From contig OZ024745.1 in NCBI GenBank assembly GCA_964016885.1, positions 40,176,001 to 40,240,000 of the forward strand: DNA of 64,000 nt. Reading direction: 5' to 3'. Each line of letters begins with the position of its first letter. Position 1 is the stretch's first letter. The notes beneath the pieces are model-generated. The model searched no databases. It worked only from the letters and a program-made list of their open reading frames with translations, and had not been told where the DNA came from. Of the stretch, positions 1 to 12,155 are shown in pieces. This DNA is from Eledone cirrhosa (taxonomy: Eukaryota). The position numbers were made by a program, and so were the translations under genes.

Positions 1-1121
1 TTGCACATGGGTTACATATTATAAAATTAGTCCCTCGTCAGTGATTTGCCAACCATCATTGGTATTTCATCGCATTAAAAATCATATACCTCAGGTTGGT
101 GCGAGCAATAACTAAAAAAAGCTATTGGGACAAGTGAGTCGCGTAAAGCAAGTGAGACAAGTAAACAACATAGAAGGATAAAAGCAAACCGAAGATAGGA
201 AAAAAACAAGAAACATGGTTATCAGGTCAGCGTAAGCTGGTGAATTTCATGAGCATTCAGAATACAGACCGTCCGACGTGAGTGAGATGTGAGCAAGAAA
301 GGACCCCACTACCAACGAAACGGGAGGAAGTGAGAAGGGGAGAAACAGAGAGTGAGTGAGTGGAAGTGCGAGGAAGAGGTCAGTTGAGAGAAAGTGTAAG
401 TGACAAAGGAGGCGAAAGAAGGTGAGAGAAACAGAGAGAACGGGGGAGCAGTAAGAGAGAAAGAGAGAAACAGACAAACGCAGCCGAGGTAAATATGTAT
501 AAAAAACATGAGAAGAAAGAGGAATACGGCGTGGTTGCATATGGGTTACATATTATAAAATTAGTCCCTCGTCAGTGATTTGCCAACCATCATTGGTATT
601 TCATCGCATTAAAAATCATATACCTCAGGTTGGTGCGAGCAATAACTAAAAAAAGCTATTGGGACAAGTTAGTCACGTAAAGCAAGTGAGGCAAGTAAAC
701 AACATAGAAGGATAAAAGCAAACCGAAGATAGGAAAAAAAACAAGCAACATGGTTTTCCGGTCAGCATCAGACGTGAGTGAGATGTGAGCAAGAAAGGAC
801 CCCTCTACCAACGAAATGGGAGGAAGTGAGAAGGGGCGAAACAGAGAGAGAGTGAGTGGGCGTGCGAGGAAGAGGTCAGTCGAGAGAAAGTGTAACTGAC
901 AGAGGGTGCGAAAGAAGGTGAGAGAAACAGAGAGAACGGGGGAGCAGTAAGAGAGAAAGAGAGAAACAGACAAACGCAGCCGAGGTAAATATGTATAAAA
1001 AACATGAGAAGAAAGATGAATACTGCGTGGTTGCATATGGGTTACACATTATAAAATTAGTCCCTCGTCAGTGATTTGCCACCCATCATTGGTATTCCAT
1101 CGCATTAAAAATCATATACCT

Positions 1122-1123
<2 letters not shown>
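1..1123. repeat. Tandem repeat of a ~500-bp GA-rich unit (units start at 1, 535, 1031; third is partial), pLTR-like
   Basis: TTGCA(C/T)ATGGGTTACA..AAAATTAGTCCCTCGTCAG recurs at 1, 535 and 1031. Units are 534 and 496 bp (unit 2 lacks ~39 bp). The array ends at a (TA)n tract at 1124. Confidence 0.9.
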
Positions 1124-1177
<54 letters not shown>

Positions 1178-1442
1178 CGGCGATGAATTAGTTTAGCGAG
1201 GTTTTTTATATGAAATCATGTGTCGAAACAAATATTGTTATACTTGGGGAGGGTCATATTTGTGTAATATTGCCAGAATTAATAACAGAACACACTCACT
1301 GTTTGGTTGGTTTTCGCTTCTCGCTGTCTTTTATATCTGCGATGTAACTTACTCGGTCCTCAATGTTGCCATTGACTGACCGACGGTCAAAAATAATACA
1401 GATACAATATCGACACAAACACATATATATAGTTTACATAAT

Positions 1443-1486
1443 GTACATAAATCTTTCGTTGCACATCTGCAACATCGTCAGTGGTG
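1443..1486 (-). ncRNA. Minimal type I hammerhead ribozyme (family A; weak stem I)
   Basis: Minus strand: cacca CTGACGA t gttgca gatg tgcaac GAAA gatt TA tgtac. Perfect 6-bp stem II and intact core, but stem I has only 2 bp. Confidence 0.7.
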
Positions 1487-1748
1487 TTATATATTTTTTT
1501 TCCTCCTGTTGTGTTGTATTTCTACGCCATTTTTTATTCAGTCTGTCTATATATTTATTTATTTATTTGCTTGTTTGTTTAATTTATTTTGCCTTCTTTG
1601 CGCATGCGTTTGCGTGTGTGTATAGTGTTATGTTTGCTGTGTGACTAGTGTGTATAGTGTTGTGTTTGCTGGGTGACTAGTGTGTGTTTATGTGCTTGTT
1701 GTTATTGTGCTTGTGTATGTATTTATTTATCTTATTTTATTTACTTAT

Positions 1749-2303
1749 TTATACTTCTCTTAGGTCAGTGTTGTTTGTTTGGGTGTTGTTGTTGTTCCAC
1801 TCATTCTTTCTGTTTAGCTTTGGTCTTCTAATTTCTATTTCACTGGCCTCTCTGATTTGCCTATCTGCTGGGTCATTCCTATGTTTAGATATTATTCTAA
1901 TTTCTATGTTGTCTATGTTACCGTCAGGTTGTTGTCTAGCATCTTCGTATAGTACTGACCCGTTTTTTCGTCCTTTTAGTTCCCCCCAGTGTTGGTCTAT
2001 CCTTTCACCTATGCTACGAGCTGTCTCACCTATGTATGTTGTTGTCATGTTTCTGCAAGTACCCTCTGTACATCTTATGCTATAGACTACGTTTCTAGTT
2101 TTACAGTTTATCCGGGGGTTCACCTTACATATGATACATTTCCTATTGGTACAGTGGGTTTTCTTAAAAGGGTAGGTTTTGCTGATCAGGGATTTTATGG
2201 TGGTTCCTGGCTTTTCTACCACCTTTATTTTTAAGTGGGTCTTTCTCAGGGCCTTTCTACACTGGTTAGCTAATTTCCTTCCACGGGTGGCGTTCACAAA
2301 CAT
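1749..2303 (-). pseudogene. PLE GIY-YIG endonuclease domain (fragment)
   Basis: VVY...YIGET..R..H motif with upstream Cys cluster and C-terminal RE..EI...PKLN. Confidence 0.85.
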
Positions 2304-2785
2304 GACACTCTGATATCTCTGGTTGTCGTACCATGAGGTGGCCTTCCCTATCTTATGTCTAGCCCTATCTAAGCCATTCCATGATTTGCTCCTCTATAAT
2401 GGGCAAATTCCTTTCATGTCCAGTTCTATGAGGGTCTTATACTTTTCCATGGCTCCTTCGTATACTCTGACTCTGTCTCTTTGGTTGTAGCCAGAGAACT
2501 GCATGCGGTTGATGAAGTGTTGGATGTGTCTTTCCATTTCTGTTGGGTCGCACATGCTGGACACATTCTTCATCACTCGTACCAAATCTGCGATCAGAAT
2601 ATTAAACTTAGCACTACTGGACATTGCTGAGTTTTTGAGTATCAGGTATTTGGAGGCCATAGGTTTAGCATAGTGTGAGTGGAGAATTTGGGCTCTCTCG
2701 TCTATAGTGTTAATCCAGAGTTCTGTGTCTAATAGAGGTAGTCTATTGTTAGGGTGTTTGGAAGGGAAGTCGATAGTTACACCAG

Positions 2786-3622
2786 AGTATAGCACTAGTA
2801 TTTTTTTGCGGGACCCTGAATTATATTCTGGTACTAGTTTACTTTCTTGCACTGGGTGGTTGCTGGCCCTGTGATTGGGGTAGAAACCTTTATTATTTTC
2901 GTGGTAGTCTCTTTAGTATTCTACCCCCCACCCCCACCCCACCCCCTTTGTTGACCCGTCACCGTACGATACACGCAATTATACCTCGTATAAGGGTCCC
3001 TTCATTTCCGTCCCACAATTTATTTCTATTATTAGTATTTATTTTTTTATTTTTTTATTCTACATTATATATATATATATATATATTCTTTTATTTTTAT
3101 TTTTATTTTTATTAATTTATTTATTTATCTATTCTTTTATTCACTTATTTGTTTATTTATTTGTTTATGTATTTCTTTAGCCTAGCAATAGCGAGAGACT
3201 TAAGTCTTAGTAACCAGATTTTGCTTTTTTTTTTTTTTTTTCTCTCTCAGTACCATTTATAGTTTTACCTTTCATTGTTCTACTTACCGTTTCGACCTCG
3301 TCCCCCTCCCCCTCCCCAGTATCTTCTTTGACCTCACACCCAGCTGTAGCTGGCACTACCAACGCATGAATGGGTCTACTCCACCCCCTCTCCCGTTTTC
3401 TCCTACCGGCAGGTTTAGCTACCCCTTCCCCCACCAACTTGCCATCACAGATTTACTACTAACTTGTGATGTGACCAATCCTGGTGATTATCTTTTTGAC
3501 CATATATGGAATTACCCCTTGATAAGTTCGGCTATTTAAATACCAGAATAAATTTTCATTCAGTACAGAATTAGCCGTCGAAACGGCTTGAGCTCAGCCG
3601 TCGGGGTCTTACTTGTTCCTAT
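2786..3622 (+). mobile_element. PLE pLTR-like segment of a second family (contains a hammerhead), ending in (TA)n
   Basis: Non-coding. Contains the HHR at 3514-3607, and its 3' ~55 bp recur at 20514-20568. The left boundary is approximate. Confidence 0.5.
3514..3607 (+). ncRNA. Type I hammerhead ribozyme, U3-A8 core variant (family B)
   Basis: acccc TTGATAA gttcggcta..37 nt..tagccgtc GAAA cggct tgagctc agccg TC ggggt. Stem I is 5 bp, the stem II core cggcta/tagccg is 6 bp, and stem III is 6 bp with a palindromic GAGCTC loop. GUC cleavage triplet at 3600-3602. Confidence 0.75.
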
Positions 3623-4828
3623 ATATATATATATAAATATATATCACTCTTAATACATATTCATAAATATAATATAAACCTTCTTCTAAAATATTTACAT
3701 TCGTTCAATATAATGTGCAACACATGATAAGAAACGAACCAATTCTATACATTGGATGCATTATTAAAGCACATTAAATAAGTAAACATAATCTACTTTC
3801 CCTTTCAACACCGATCCATGTTTTTTGTGAATGTCTCTGAAACAAAGTGTGTAAATGAACACAATAAATGAAGAAAGGGTATCTTAAAGATTGTGGAGAA
3901 AACACTAAAAAAGACAATATATACATTTAATTTGTGAATAACACATTTGGTATAACTGTTGAATTAAGTTAATGGAGTCGTTTCATCAAAAATCTTCAGC
4001 TAAATAACATTCGATTAACTAAGATTTAGTATAATGAGGCAAATATTGTATCTTAATATGTTATCAAGATATCCTTTTACAACATTATACTTGTTCTCTT
4101 GTATATTACCTCATCATTTTCATCATTATCGTTCTCAATCAGCGTGCTTTTTTTCTATGCTGGGCTGGTTTCGATAGGCTGTGCCGATCACATCAGCACA
4201 TAATGGAAGGGCGTCTCGCTTAAATGGTTGCTAAGATCATGCCAATTTATTTATGGTTTCTACTGTTTGATGCGCGTCATTACGTCAAATTTTTAATTCA
4301 GCATTCAGTAACAATTCAAATAATTCTAAAACACATAGAAATAACTAAATATGTTTAGCTTCACATAATTTTAGTGACATTCTGTTATATATGTTAATGA
4401 CTCAAGTGAAAATGAGGGAGCATATTCGAGAACATGTTGAAATAATATCTTTTGAAACTAGAAAGTACAAGAGTGAAATACATTGGCAAGAATCTAATTT
4501 AAAAATTTATATAAATTTTATTATTGTATTCCTGTCAAAGAAATTCCATGGCAAAAGTTCAAAGATAACGCACTAAAAGCCTTCGTCCTATTGGCTAAAA
4601 TTCAAACGAGGTACGGCGTAATGAATTTGTCATCTCTTAAATGGAAACTTTCGGAAACGTGTCCAAAAAAGAAAGAAAGGAGTGGAAAAGAATTTATAAG
4701 CATTTCATCAATGAAACCTCATAACTCTTCTCCCAGCAAATTATTTCATGACATTAACTTATTTTATTTCTAGATATTATTCTACTTCTCTAAAGAAACA
4801 GTTGTTAGTGTGCAGTATTGTAAACACA

Positions 4829-4905
<77 letters not shown>

Positions 4906-5873
4906 TGTTCTCCGTCTCTCTATATCTATTTCTTAGTTTTCCACACTTGTGCCAGAGAGTCTAAAGGTCATTAATTTTTTAGTATTTGTTGACGCAAGAG
5001 TCAATGAAAAAATACATAAATAGATACATACATGTATATATATATATGTGTGTGTGCGTGTGTGTCTGTGTGTGTGTAAACAAGAGAGAGACAAAAAAGA
5101 TTCTGTGGTTATACGTGGATAGAATGGCTTTTTTCAAATGTAGTTCATGCACGTTTTGATGCGTTTTATTTACTTAAAGTTAAGAGGGTAACTGAAACCT
5201 TATTGAAAATAGGCGAGAATTTTGCCATTGATTCTATAGAAACAAAGATCGTACAATGCTGTGAATAATATATAATTTCTTAATGACATTCGCTTTAAAG
5301 ACGGTATTTAGGAAATGTCATTACCCCCTCAAAAATATTGCCAGTACAGAAATGACTGTGGGTTGTCTTGAATATTAGTACCTCCTTGTAGAGCTAACAG
5401 CAACCTGGCCAAATTATGTTAATATATATATGATTGCTGCCCACTCTTTATCGAGTATGGCTATTGCACGATATACCATTATTAATAATTATTAATTAAT
5501 TCTATCGCGCATTGCCTGTGCGTGAAGATATTTTTTTAAAGTGAGGAAATACTGTGCACTGAGCCAATCCGACTCTCTGAGCGACAGTAGCGATAACCCA
5601 AAAGAAGAAAAGATCAACATAAGTGTCAACGGCCATCCAAATGTGTGTAAATATGTATATACACATGTACATATGTATGCATATGTATATGTGTATATAC
5701 ATGGTGCATGTGCATTTATATGCGTGGTGACATAGAAATCGTCGGGCTGGACACCAGATCGCGCGGTTAAAAAACTTGGAGTGAAGGACACCTAGCCTTT
5801 GTCAGGGCATTCTTCTAGCAGAAGGCAACTCAGGACACTGGGATAACTCCGATATAAACCTGCGGCTCAGTAG

Positions 5874-5928
<55 letters not shown>

Positions 5929-5931
<3 letters not shown>

Positions 5932-6500
5932 TATTAATATATAACTTGTATTTCACTGCTCAGAAATGCCTCTTTCTTTGGGCTGATTAAGAGTTTAATC
6001 TCTAAATATAATATCATATATTGCTCCTTAACTGTAGAGCTAATCTTTAATCCCGTATAAACGGCTGTTATTTCTAGCACCGGGAATGCGGGATGGCTAG
6101 TTTGGCTGGCTACACCACGTGTAATCAGACCTGCAAAATTTTTGAAGGTGGAATGTACTAATTTTACTGGATTCCTGTTGATACGCAGAGAAGATTTGGA
6201 TATTTCACTTTTTATTTCAATTCCATTTGATTCTCTTTATTTTTCAATTCATGTACCATCGTTGCGAAACATATTTGGGTTTCGAAGTTCAAATTCATCT
6301 ACGGAGCGGGTTTGGATTTTGAAATTTAAATTTGTCCAGGAATCACGGCTTTTGCCAATATAAGCTTGTCTTTATTGACTTATATCGAGACAGACAAATT
6401 GTATTCACTTTAATTAGTTTATTTCATTGCTAGCTAACTTTGTCTGTTACAATACAAACACGTTTTGTGTTTATCATATATATTAATATATAACTTGTAT
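5929..6500. repeat. ~570-bp segment bounded by a 23-bp direct repeat within (TA)n
   Basis: ATATATTAATATATAACTTGTAT occurs at 5929-5951 and 6478-6500, with TA tracts on both sides. Confidence 0.6.
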
Positions 6501-7134
6501 ATATATATATATATATGTATGTATACATGCATACATATTGGTGGAGTTATGTTGCTGCGTGTGTCTGTGTGTGTGTATGCGTGCATGCCTACGTGTTGTT
6601 CATGTTTATATAGATTGTTTTAAATGGATAATAAATATTATCTTAGGAGCCACATTCTTCACGTATTTTAATTCTATCATCTTTAATGTTTCAGAATAGT
6701 ATATCTAGCAAAAATATTCAGGTACTTGAGATTGAATAATATTATCAGAACATAGTTAACAGGCGTTTGTAAACAATTCCTTACACCTCCATTGCTCATT
6801 TTCTATCATGATGTCCATCAACTTAGTTTTTGTAAACCAACAAATATTTGCATAATTATCATGAAAATACAACATCTATTGTAATTTCAAAAGTATATGA
6901 CATACAAATCCTCTTGATACACTATAACGCGCAATCAACATTAATACACCACAAGTAGTTAAAATGGTTCATAAACATCATTAACATAATAAGTGAACAC
7001 AGTACCGTCATTGACTCTTATGATATCTAACTTTTTTACTGAAAGAAGATTCAATCGAAACGTAGACGTTCATTAATCTTCATTCCAAAAATATATCAGT
7101 TTTCTAGCAATTTCATATCTCGATATAATCCCGC

Positions 7135-10100
7135 GCAATTGCAGCCGACAAGGGCATCCTGAATTTCGGCAGAAGTTATCGGCCTTTCGCAGCGCTCAGC
7201 GTCGGCCGTCGAGAGTCGTGGCAAGCCAGCGAGGTAGAGACTGAAGCCCACCACCGTCTCTAAGCTACCACTTCTCCCGAACAACCGAGCAAAATGTTGG
7301 AGAAAGGCCTCACACATGCGGCTGGAATCGCTCATATGGTGCCCGTCTCGATCCGTCAAAACTGAATTATCGTTTTATTGCCACGCTGCGCCATAGCCTA
7401 GTGGTTCCATCGAACAGCTTTTGTTCTCTCATTTCTCACAGCACGCGCCATAGTTCTCAAAATGCAGCATTCGTGCTTCACATTAAAGAAATGGTCCAAA
7501 TTCATTATCGCCGCTAGTACGTCAATTGAAATGCTACTATAAATAGCTTCGTCTATCTTAGCTATTTTTCACGAACGCTAATTCTTTGCTAAACCCTATC
7601 GAAGTTACTCTAAACTCTCTTTTGAGAGCCCCCCACCAACTAAATTGTTGACTCGCTCCCTGTAAGTCTTACGTGCCGGAAACGACATGTTCAGCTTCCG
7701 GTAACCACATCCTAAACTACGCGTCTTATCACGATCGACCATGCAGATCACAAACTTGTGGTCTGAATAGGCCACTGTATGTAATTCTGGACACCCTATA
7801 CTATCTTTATCCACTAATCTAAATAAAAACCTATATAAGTACGATCTAGAGTCCCTAAATGATTTGTCCAGGTACACACTGGCGCATTAGGGACCCGTCA
7901 GGCAGATGGAACTGGCTGATCATGTACTTGAGGCTTTTATACCCCTCGCTCCTATCGGTTACTCCTATCGGCTACTCCTATCGGCTACTCCTACGCAATC
8001 CCACATCTAAGATGCCGTTCTAGTACGCCGCTAACAGTAAATGGCGAGACGTTCACAGAAAGGCTTCCAGGTGTCTTAAGAAGTCCAGCCGTCCGGCCCC
8101 TGTAGGGGCGTAGACGACAACCAGTCTAAAGGCACAACCTTCACTATTGTTCACGTCCAGGAACTGCCAACGTACCGTCCAGGTCCCTGAAATCGACCTT
8201 ACCTCGAGATCCAGGCCTTTCCTAAACAGCACTGTCACCCCACCCTCATTCCCGGCCGACTAACACATGCGAAGATCTGATATTCGTCGAAACTGGGTGC
8301 TACTGCGCGCGTGTGTGAAATCCTGGTCTCGTTGACGGCAATTACATCCATTTCTAGTCCACGAACATTTAGACATCCTACTCTTAATATGGCCATGTTG
8401 GTATACTAAAGGAAAGAAGACATTTTACTTATCTCCCGGAGTCTTGTAGAGGTCGGGTGGGTTGACCTCTCTGGATGGTGGGATTTCCATTGGTAGGGCC
8501 TTTTGGAGCCTACTCGTGGCTTTTACATTAGGGGTACCAACGTCGTTGGGAAAGCTCACCACAATATTTTTAGAAGTTTGTATTGGCATCCACAAAGATC
8601 ACAGTGTTTGGGGCACTTCTCAATGTCTTTTCTCCGTGTTACAAGGGTTGTTTGTTGGCCCTCCTTAGTACACGAAGTTGGGTGTGTCTGTCGTTGCTGG
8701 TGTCTGCGGGTGCTTTCTTTTGTTTCGAATGACATGTGCTTTTACCGGTGTTGTTAGTGTTTGTGGAGTTGATGTAGATATGATGTGTCTGTATTTGCTG
8801 TGGATGTGTTTTGTGTGCTTATTGGTGTGTGTGGAGATGGAGTTTCCTTTTTTTTGTGCTTTCTTTTTTGCTTTTTAGATTTGTTGGGGTTACCCTCATC
8901 TTCACTCGGAGAAGCCGAGGAACTAGTCTCCGGGTACACTGCGTCAGAGGGGAGTGGGGGTGTTTACGTGTGTGTGCGTTTTGCTCTGTGTGTATGTGTT
9001 TGAAAGAGGGGCAGGGAAAGCTTGTTTGAGCGACTACCTGGTTGGATTTATTTGCCCTTGTTGTTAATGGTGCTGTTTCATTTTTTGTTGCTGCTGGTGT
9101 TGTCCCTTCCTCCGACACCAGTATTGGCAGCAACGGAGTTTTGCGGACCCCGCCCCTGCCTGCAGTTTTCAATTGGAGACAAAAGGCTCTCAGGTGTATA
9201 TCTTCACCGCATACGAAACAATGCGGCCGTTTGACCTCCCTGACTACCTACCTGGATTTTGTACCCGTCTGGAAGTTTGATGTGGTCCGGTATGTCTTCA
9301 GATCTGATTTTGAGAAGAATCTCCAAACCAGTACCGGACCACGTCTCTCTCTTTCTACATTTAACTTCGAGGAGGGTGTCAGGGCCCTCTACCGCCACGC
9401 ACCCCAGGAGCCACACTAAATTCAGTCCTGGCGAATTCTGGTAACACGAAACCTTACTGTTCCCCTCCCCTTGTAGGATGGGTACAACAGGATTTGCTTC
9501 ATTTTCCAGAGGACCACAGAATGCTTCATCGGAAGGGCCTCAGTTTTGAAAAGCACTGAGATTCTCCCAAATTGTATGGACCATGTTATATGGTCTACGC
9601 TGTCAATATCGATGCATTTTAGTGATGCCTCTACCGGGGCTTCGGGGGCTTTCTCGGCTTTTCTAGATTTGTTCGAAATGCATCGATATTTTAAAGTTCT
9701 CCTCTCCTTTGCTGCCATTACCTCTGCCGAGACGATTAAGTTGATCTAGCTTTCCTCTCCTGTTATCATTTTTTGCTTGGTCTAAAATTTTCTTTTTCTG
9801 TGTAAGGTCGAAATCGCACAGTGTTTGTCTCTTTGCTACTGTGGCGGCGAAAGTACTCTTTTTGTTGATGCTGTTGTTGTTGTCGTTGTTTTTGTTCTCG
9901 CTGATGTTTTGCTGATATTCGTTGACTGTATTAGTTTTGGAGTTGTCAACGTTCTTCTTGTTGTTGTCATTGTGCTTGCTGCGGTTGTTGCTGTTATCGC
10001 TGTTGCAGTTGGTTATATCTTTGGTGCTGCTGTTGTTCTCGGAGCATATAGTTGCTGTTGGTGCTGTCGCTCTTTATGTTCTTGTTAGTGGTGTTGATTT

Positions 10101-10378
10101 AGTTGTTGTTTTGTTGTCATTATTGCTGTTGTCTGTCTTATGGTTGTGGATGTTACTGCAGTGGTTGGTGTTGTAGTTCTGACTATTGCTGTTTTTAGTA
10201 GTGGTGTTGTTAAATGTGTTTATAGTATAAATTATTGTGTTTGTTGGTTCCCTCCTCCTACATTTAGTCCACTGTCATACGACAGCAGACTTAAAGTTGG
10301 GGGAAGTTGCTCAGCCATGTTTTCTTTTTCGAGAATTTTCTTTTCACAAAATTCAAATATTTGGGCCAAAAGGTCCTA
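7135..10378 (-). mobile_element. Degenerate L1/Tx1-clade LINE (ORF1 + AP endonuclease part of ORF2; 3' part missing)
   Basis: ORF1 start ATGGCTGAG near 10318 and decayed zinc knuckle CFVCGEDIHLRAFC (~9185-9230). ORF2 remnants VVYAPTGAGR, YSDHKFVIC and MCEAFLQHFARLF are homologous to 45970-49274. Many frameshifts. Confidence 0.88.
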
Positions 10379-10380
10379 GT

Positions 10381-11187
10381 ATTATACAGTCACCCCTGGC
10401 AATGACGGAAGTCTTACGACCCTTTTCAATGAATGCAACACTTAGAGAGGACCCCTCTCTCTTCCAGGTTGCTGCAAAAATATACAATCGTATATGTTTG
10501 CCCTTCCCTTGACCCACTTTAGACCAATTCAAAAAGCCTTCCGCCACTTCCGGTCAACATCTTCGCAAATAATATACCTACGGGTCTTGATTGAAGCGAT
10601 TCGAAATCTAAAGACTTATGATTCCGTCGAGTGGAATGTTATGTTTAGCCTCTTATGTGCCTTTGCTCTTTCGGGTTTCATCGATGAAGCCATCAAACGC
10701 ATGTATGTTAATACTTCATTTATATTGTTTATTCCTGAAAGAGAAACTGGTTCGTTTGTGGTGTACACTGGTATCCGCCGCGTTAAGCATTTAACTCTCT
10801 TTCGCTTCATTTTGACTCCTCTATGCTCTTGAATTTATCAGATGGAGAAACGCTCAGAGACGTCGGACCACATACTACCAAGCGGAGCTGCTGCCAGAAC
10901 TTGCATCTGCAGTTTATATCTGTCTTCTTGAAGACACTGTGTGCAGCCCAGGATCTAATCCACTGCATTGTAATAATGTTCTTGAACGCATTTAAACAGA
11001 AGTATATTGATGGAATACAATTCGATATCGGTCATTAACGCGGCCGTCCGAACCTGACCCTCAAGAAGACAATTGAAGACATGTTCACTACATGGTAGTG
11101 CCTTGACGAAGGCGATGCAAGACCGTGATACATGGATGAATTTCATGGTTTCATCAGTTGGGGTGGAACAACATTACGAATAATAAT
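10381..11187 (+). mobile_element. Degenerate, internally deleted RTE-clade LINE 3' fragment
   Basis: AAKIYNRI, RPIQKAFRHFRSTSSQIIYLRVLIE and YDSV..MF..L..AIKRMYVNT..PERETGSF are RT motifs. The C-terminus reads GRPNLTLKKTIED...MQDRDTW, followed by a short TAA tail. Confidence 0.75.
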
Positions 11188-12036
11188 ACATAATTGAATC
11201 TATGTGCGTAATGATGTAACATTTTTAAATACTATACAGGTGAGTTCATATTAATATAAAACTTGGATTTCATTGCTGCTTTTCTTTATGAGAGCCAAAA
11301 GCGTTACATAATCCTATTTCGTTATTTTTGACTATATATTCTGTGAATAGTCAAGTATTTCAGGATTGTAATAATCGTGACATGTAATATTATGCTAAGA
11401 AAACTGTTGTGAAGTTCAGTTGTGAACACGTAGTCTATAACGATATACTAGTGTGAAAGCGCTCCTATGTATGTCTAGTTCGTGAATATGTCAATCCTGT
11501 AGCATGGTATTTACTGATGCTTTGAAAGTATGTTTGCTGTAGCGTGACCAGCTAACATTTTTATTAACGGTACAGGGAGAAAAAATCTATTAATTTTCTT
11601 ACTTAGTAATTCTTTATCCAATCTAATAACTAGTGGAATTATTCAACTGTTGTATTTTTCTATCAGTATATCCTTGCCACATTTAACCAATGTGAGGTTC
11701 TGATTGAACATAAAAATGAAAAAAAAAAAGAACAAAAGAAATGTTAGATGATAACAAATAAAAGTAAACTAACACAAACTAATATTTAGAATGGAAGAGA
11801 AATAAATTTGGAATATGTTGTTCTAGATAGGAATTTGAGAGAGTGGGAAATAAGCAACAGGCAGAGGGAAAGATTCCAAGTGGGAAAGCAGGAATAGTGA
11901 AAGGGTAGTTCTCACTTGATTTAATTTTGACGAAAAAAAAAGCGACAAGTTCGCGCTCGGTTTATTGGGAACAATGCCCATGTTTGTCTATTGTGATGCA
12001 TCAAGTATAGCGAGCAAACACGGATGTAAAAGTAGT

Positions 12037-12110
<74 letters not shown>

Positions 12111-12120
12111 TATATTACTC

Positions 12121-12155
<35 letters not shown>

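Larger units (their letters stand above)
1177..2785 (-). mobile_element. Penelope-like retroelement, 5'-truncated (RT thumb + GIY-YIG endonuclease + 3' pLTR)
   Basis: ORF 2394-2852 has LPLLDTELW and HYAKPMAS..SAMS. ORF 1749-2303 has C..C..C..CKTRNVVYSIRC...YIGETARSIGERIDQH...E..E...LN. Frameshift or stop between them. The downstream non-coding part holds a hammerhead motif and abuts (TA)n. Confidence 0.9.

Noticed and set aside
35-100. SECIS-like AUGA..UGA pairings on the minus strand of the tandem unit (some PLE clades encode selenocysteine)
   Set aside because: The helix between the putative quartet halves is far too short, and no linked ORF with in-frame UGA is visible.
3972-4005. Minus-strand CTGAAGA tttttgat GAAA cgac TC
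   Set aside because: Stems I, II and III do not pair, so this is a chance match.
5720-5875. Segment resembling an RTE 5' UTR or SINE head
   Set aside because: The resemblance is from memory only. No Pol III boxes or second copy in the window support a call.
7035-7075. CTGAAAGA agattcaatc GAAA cgtagacg TT, hammerhead-like
   Set aside because: Extra base in the core and no stem I. At best a dead remnant.
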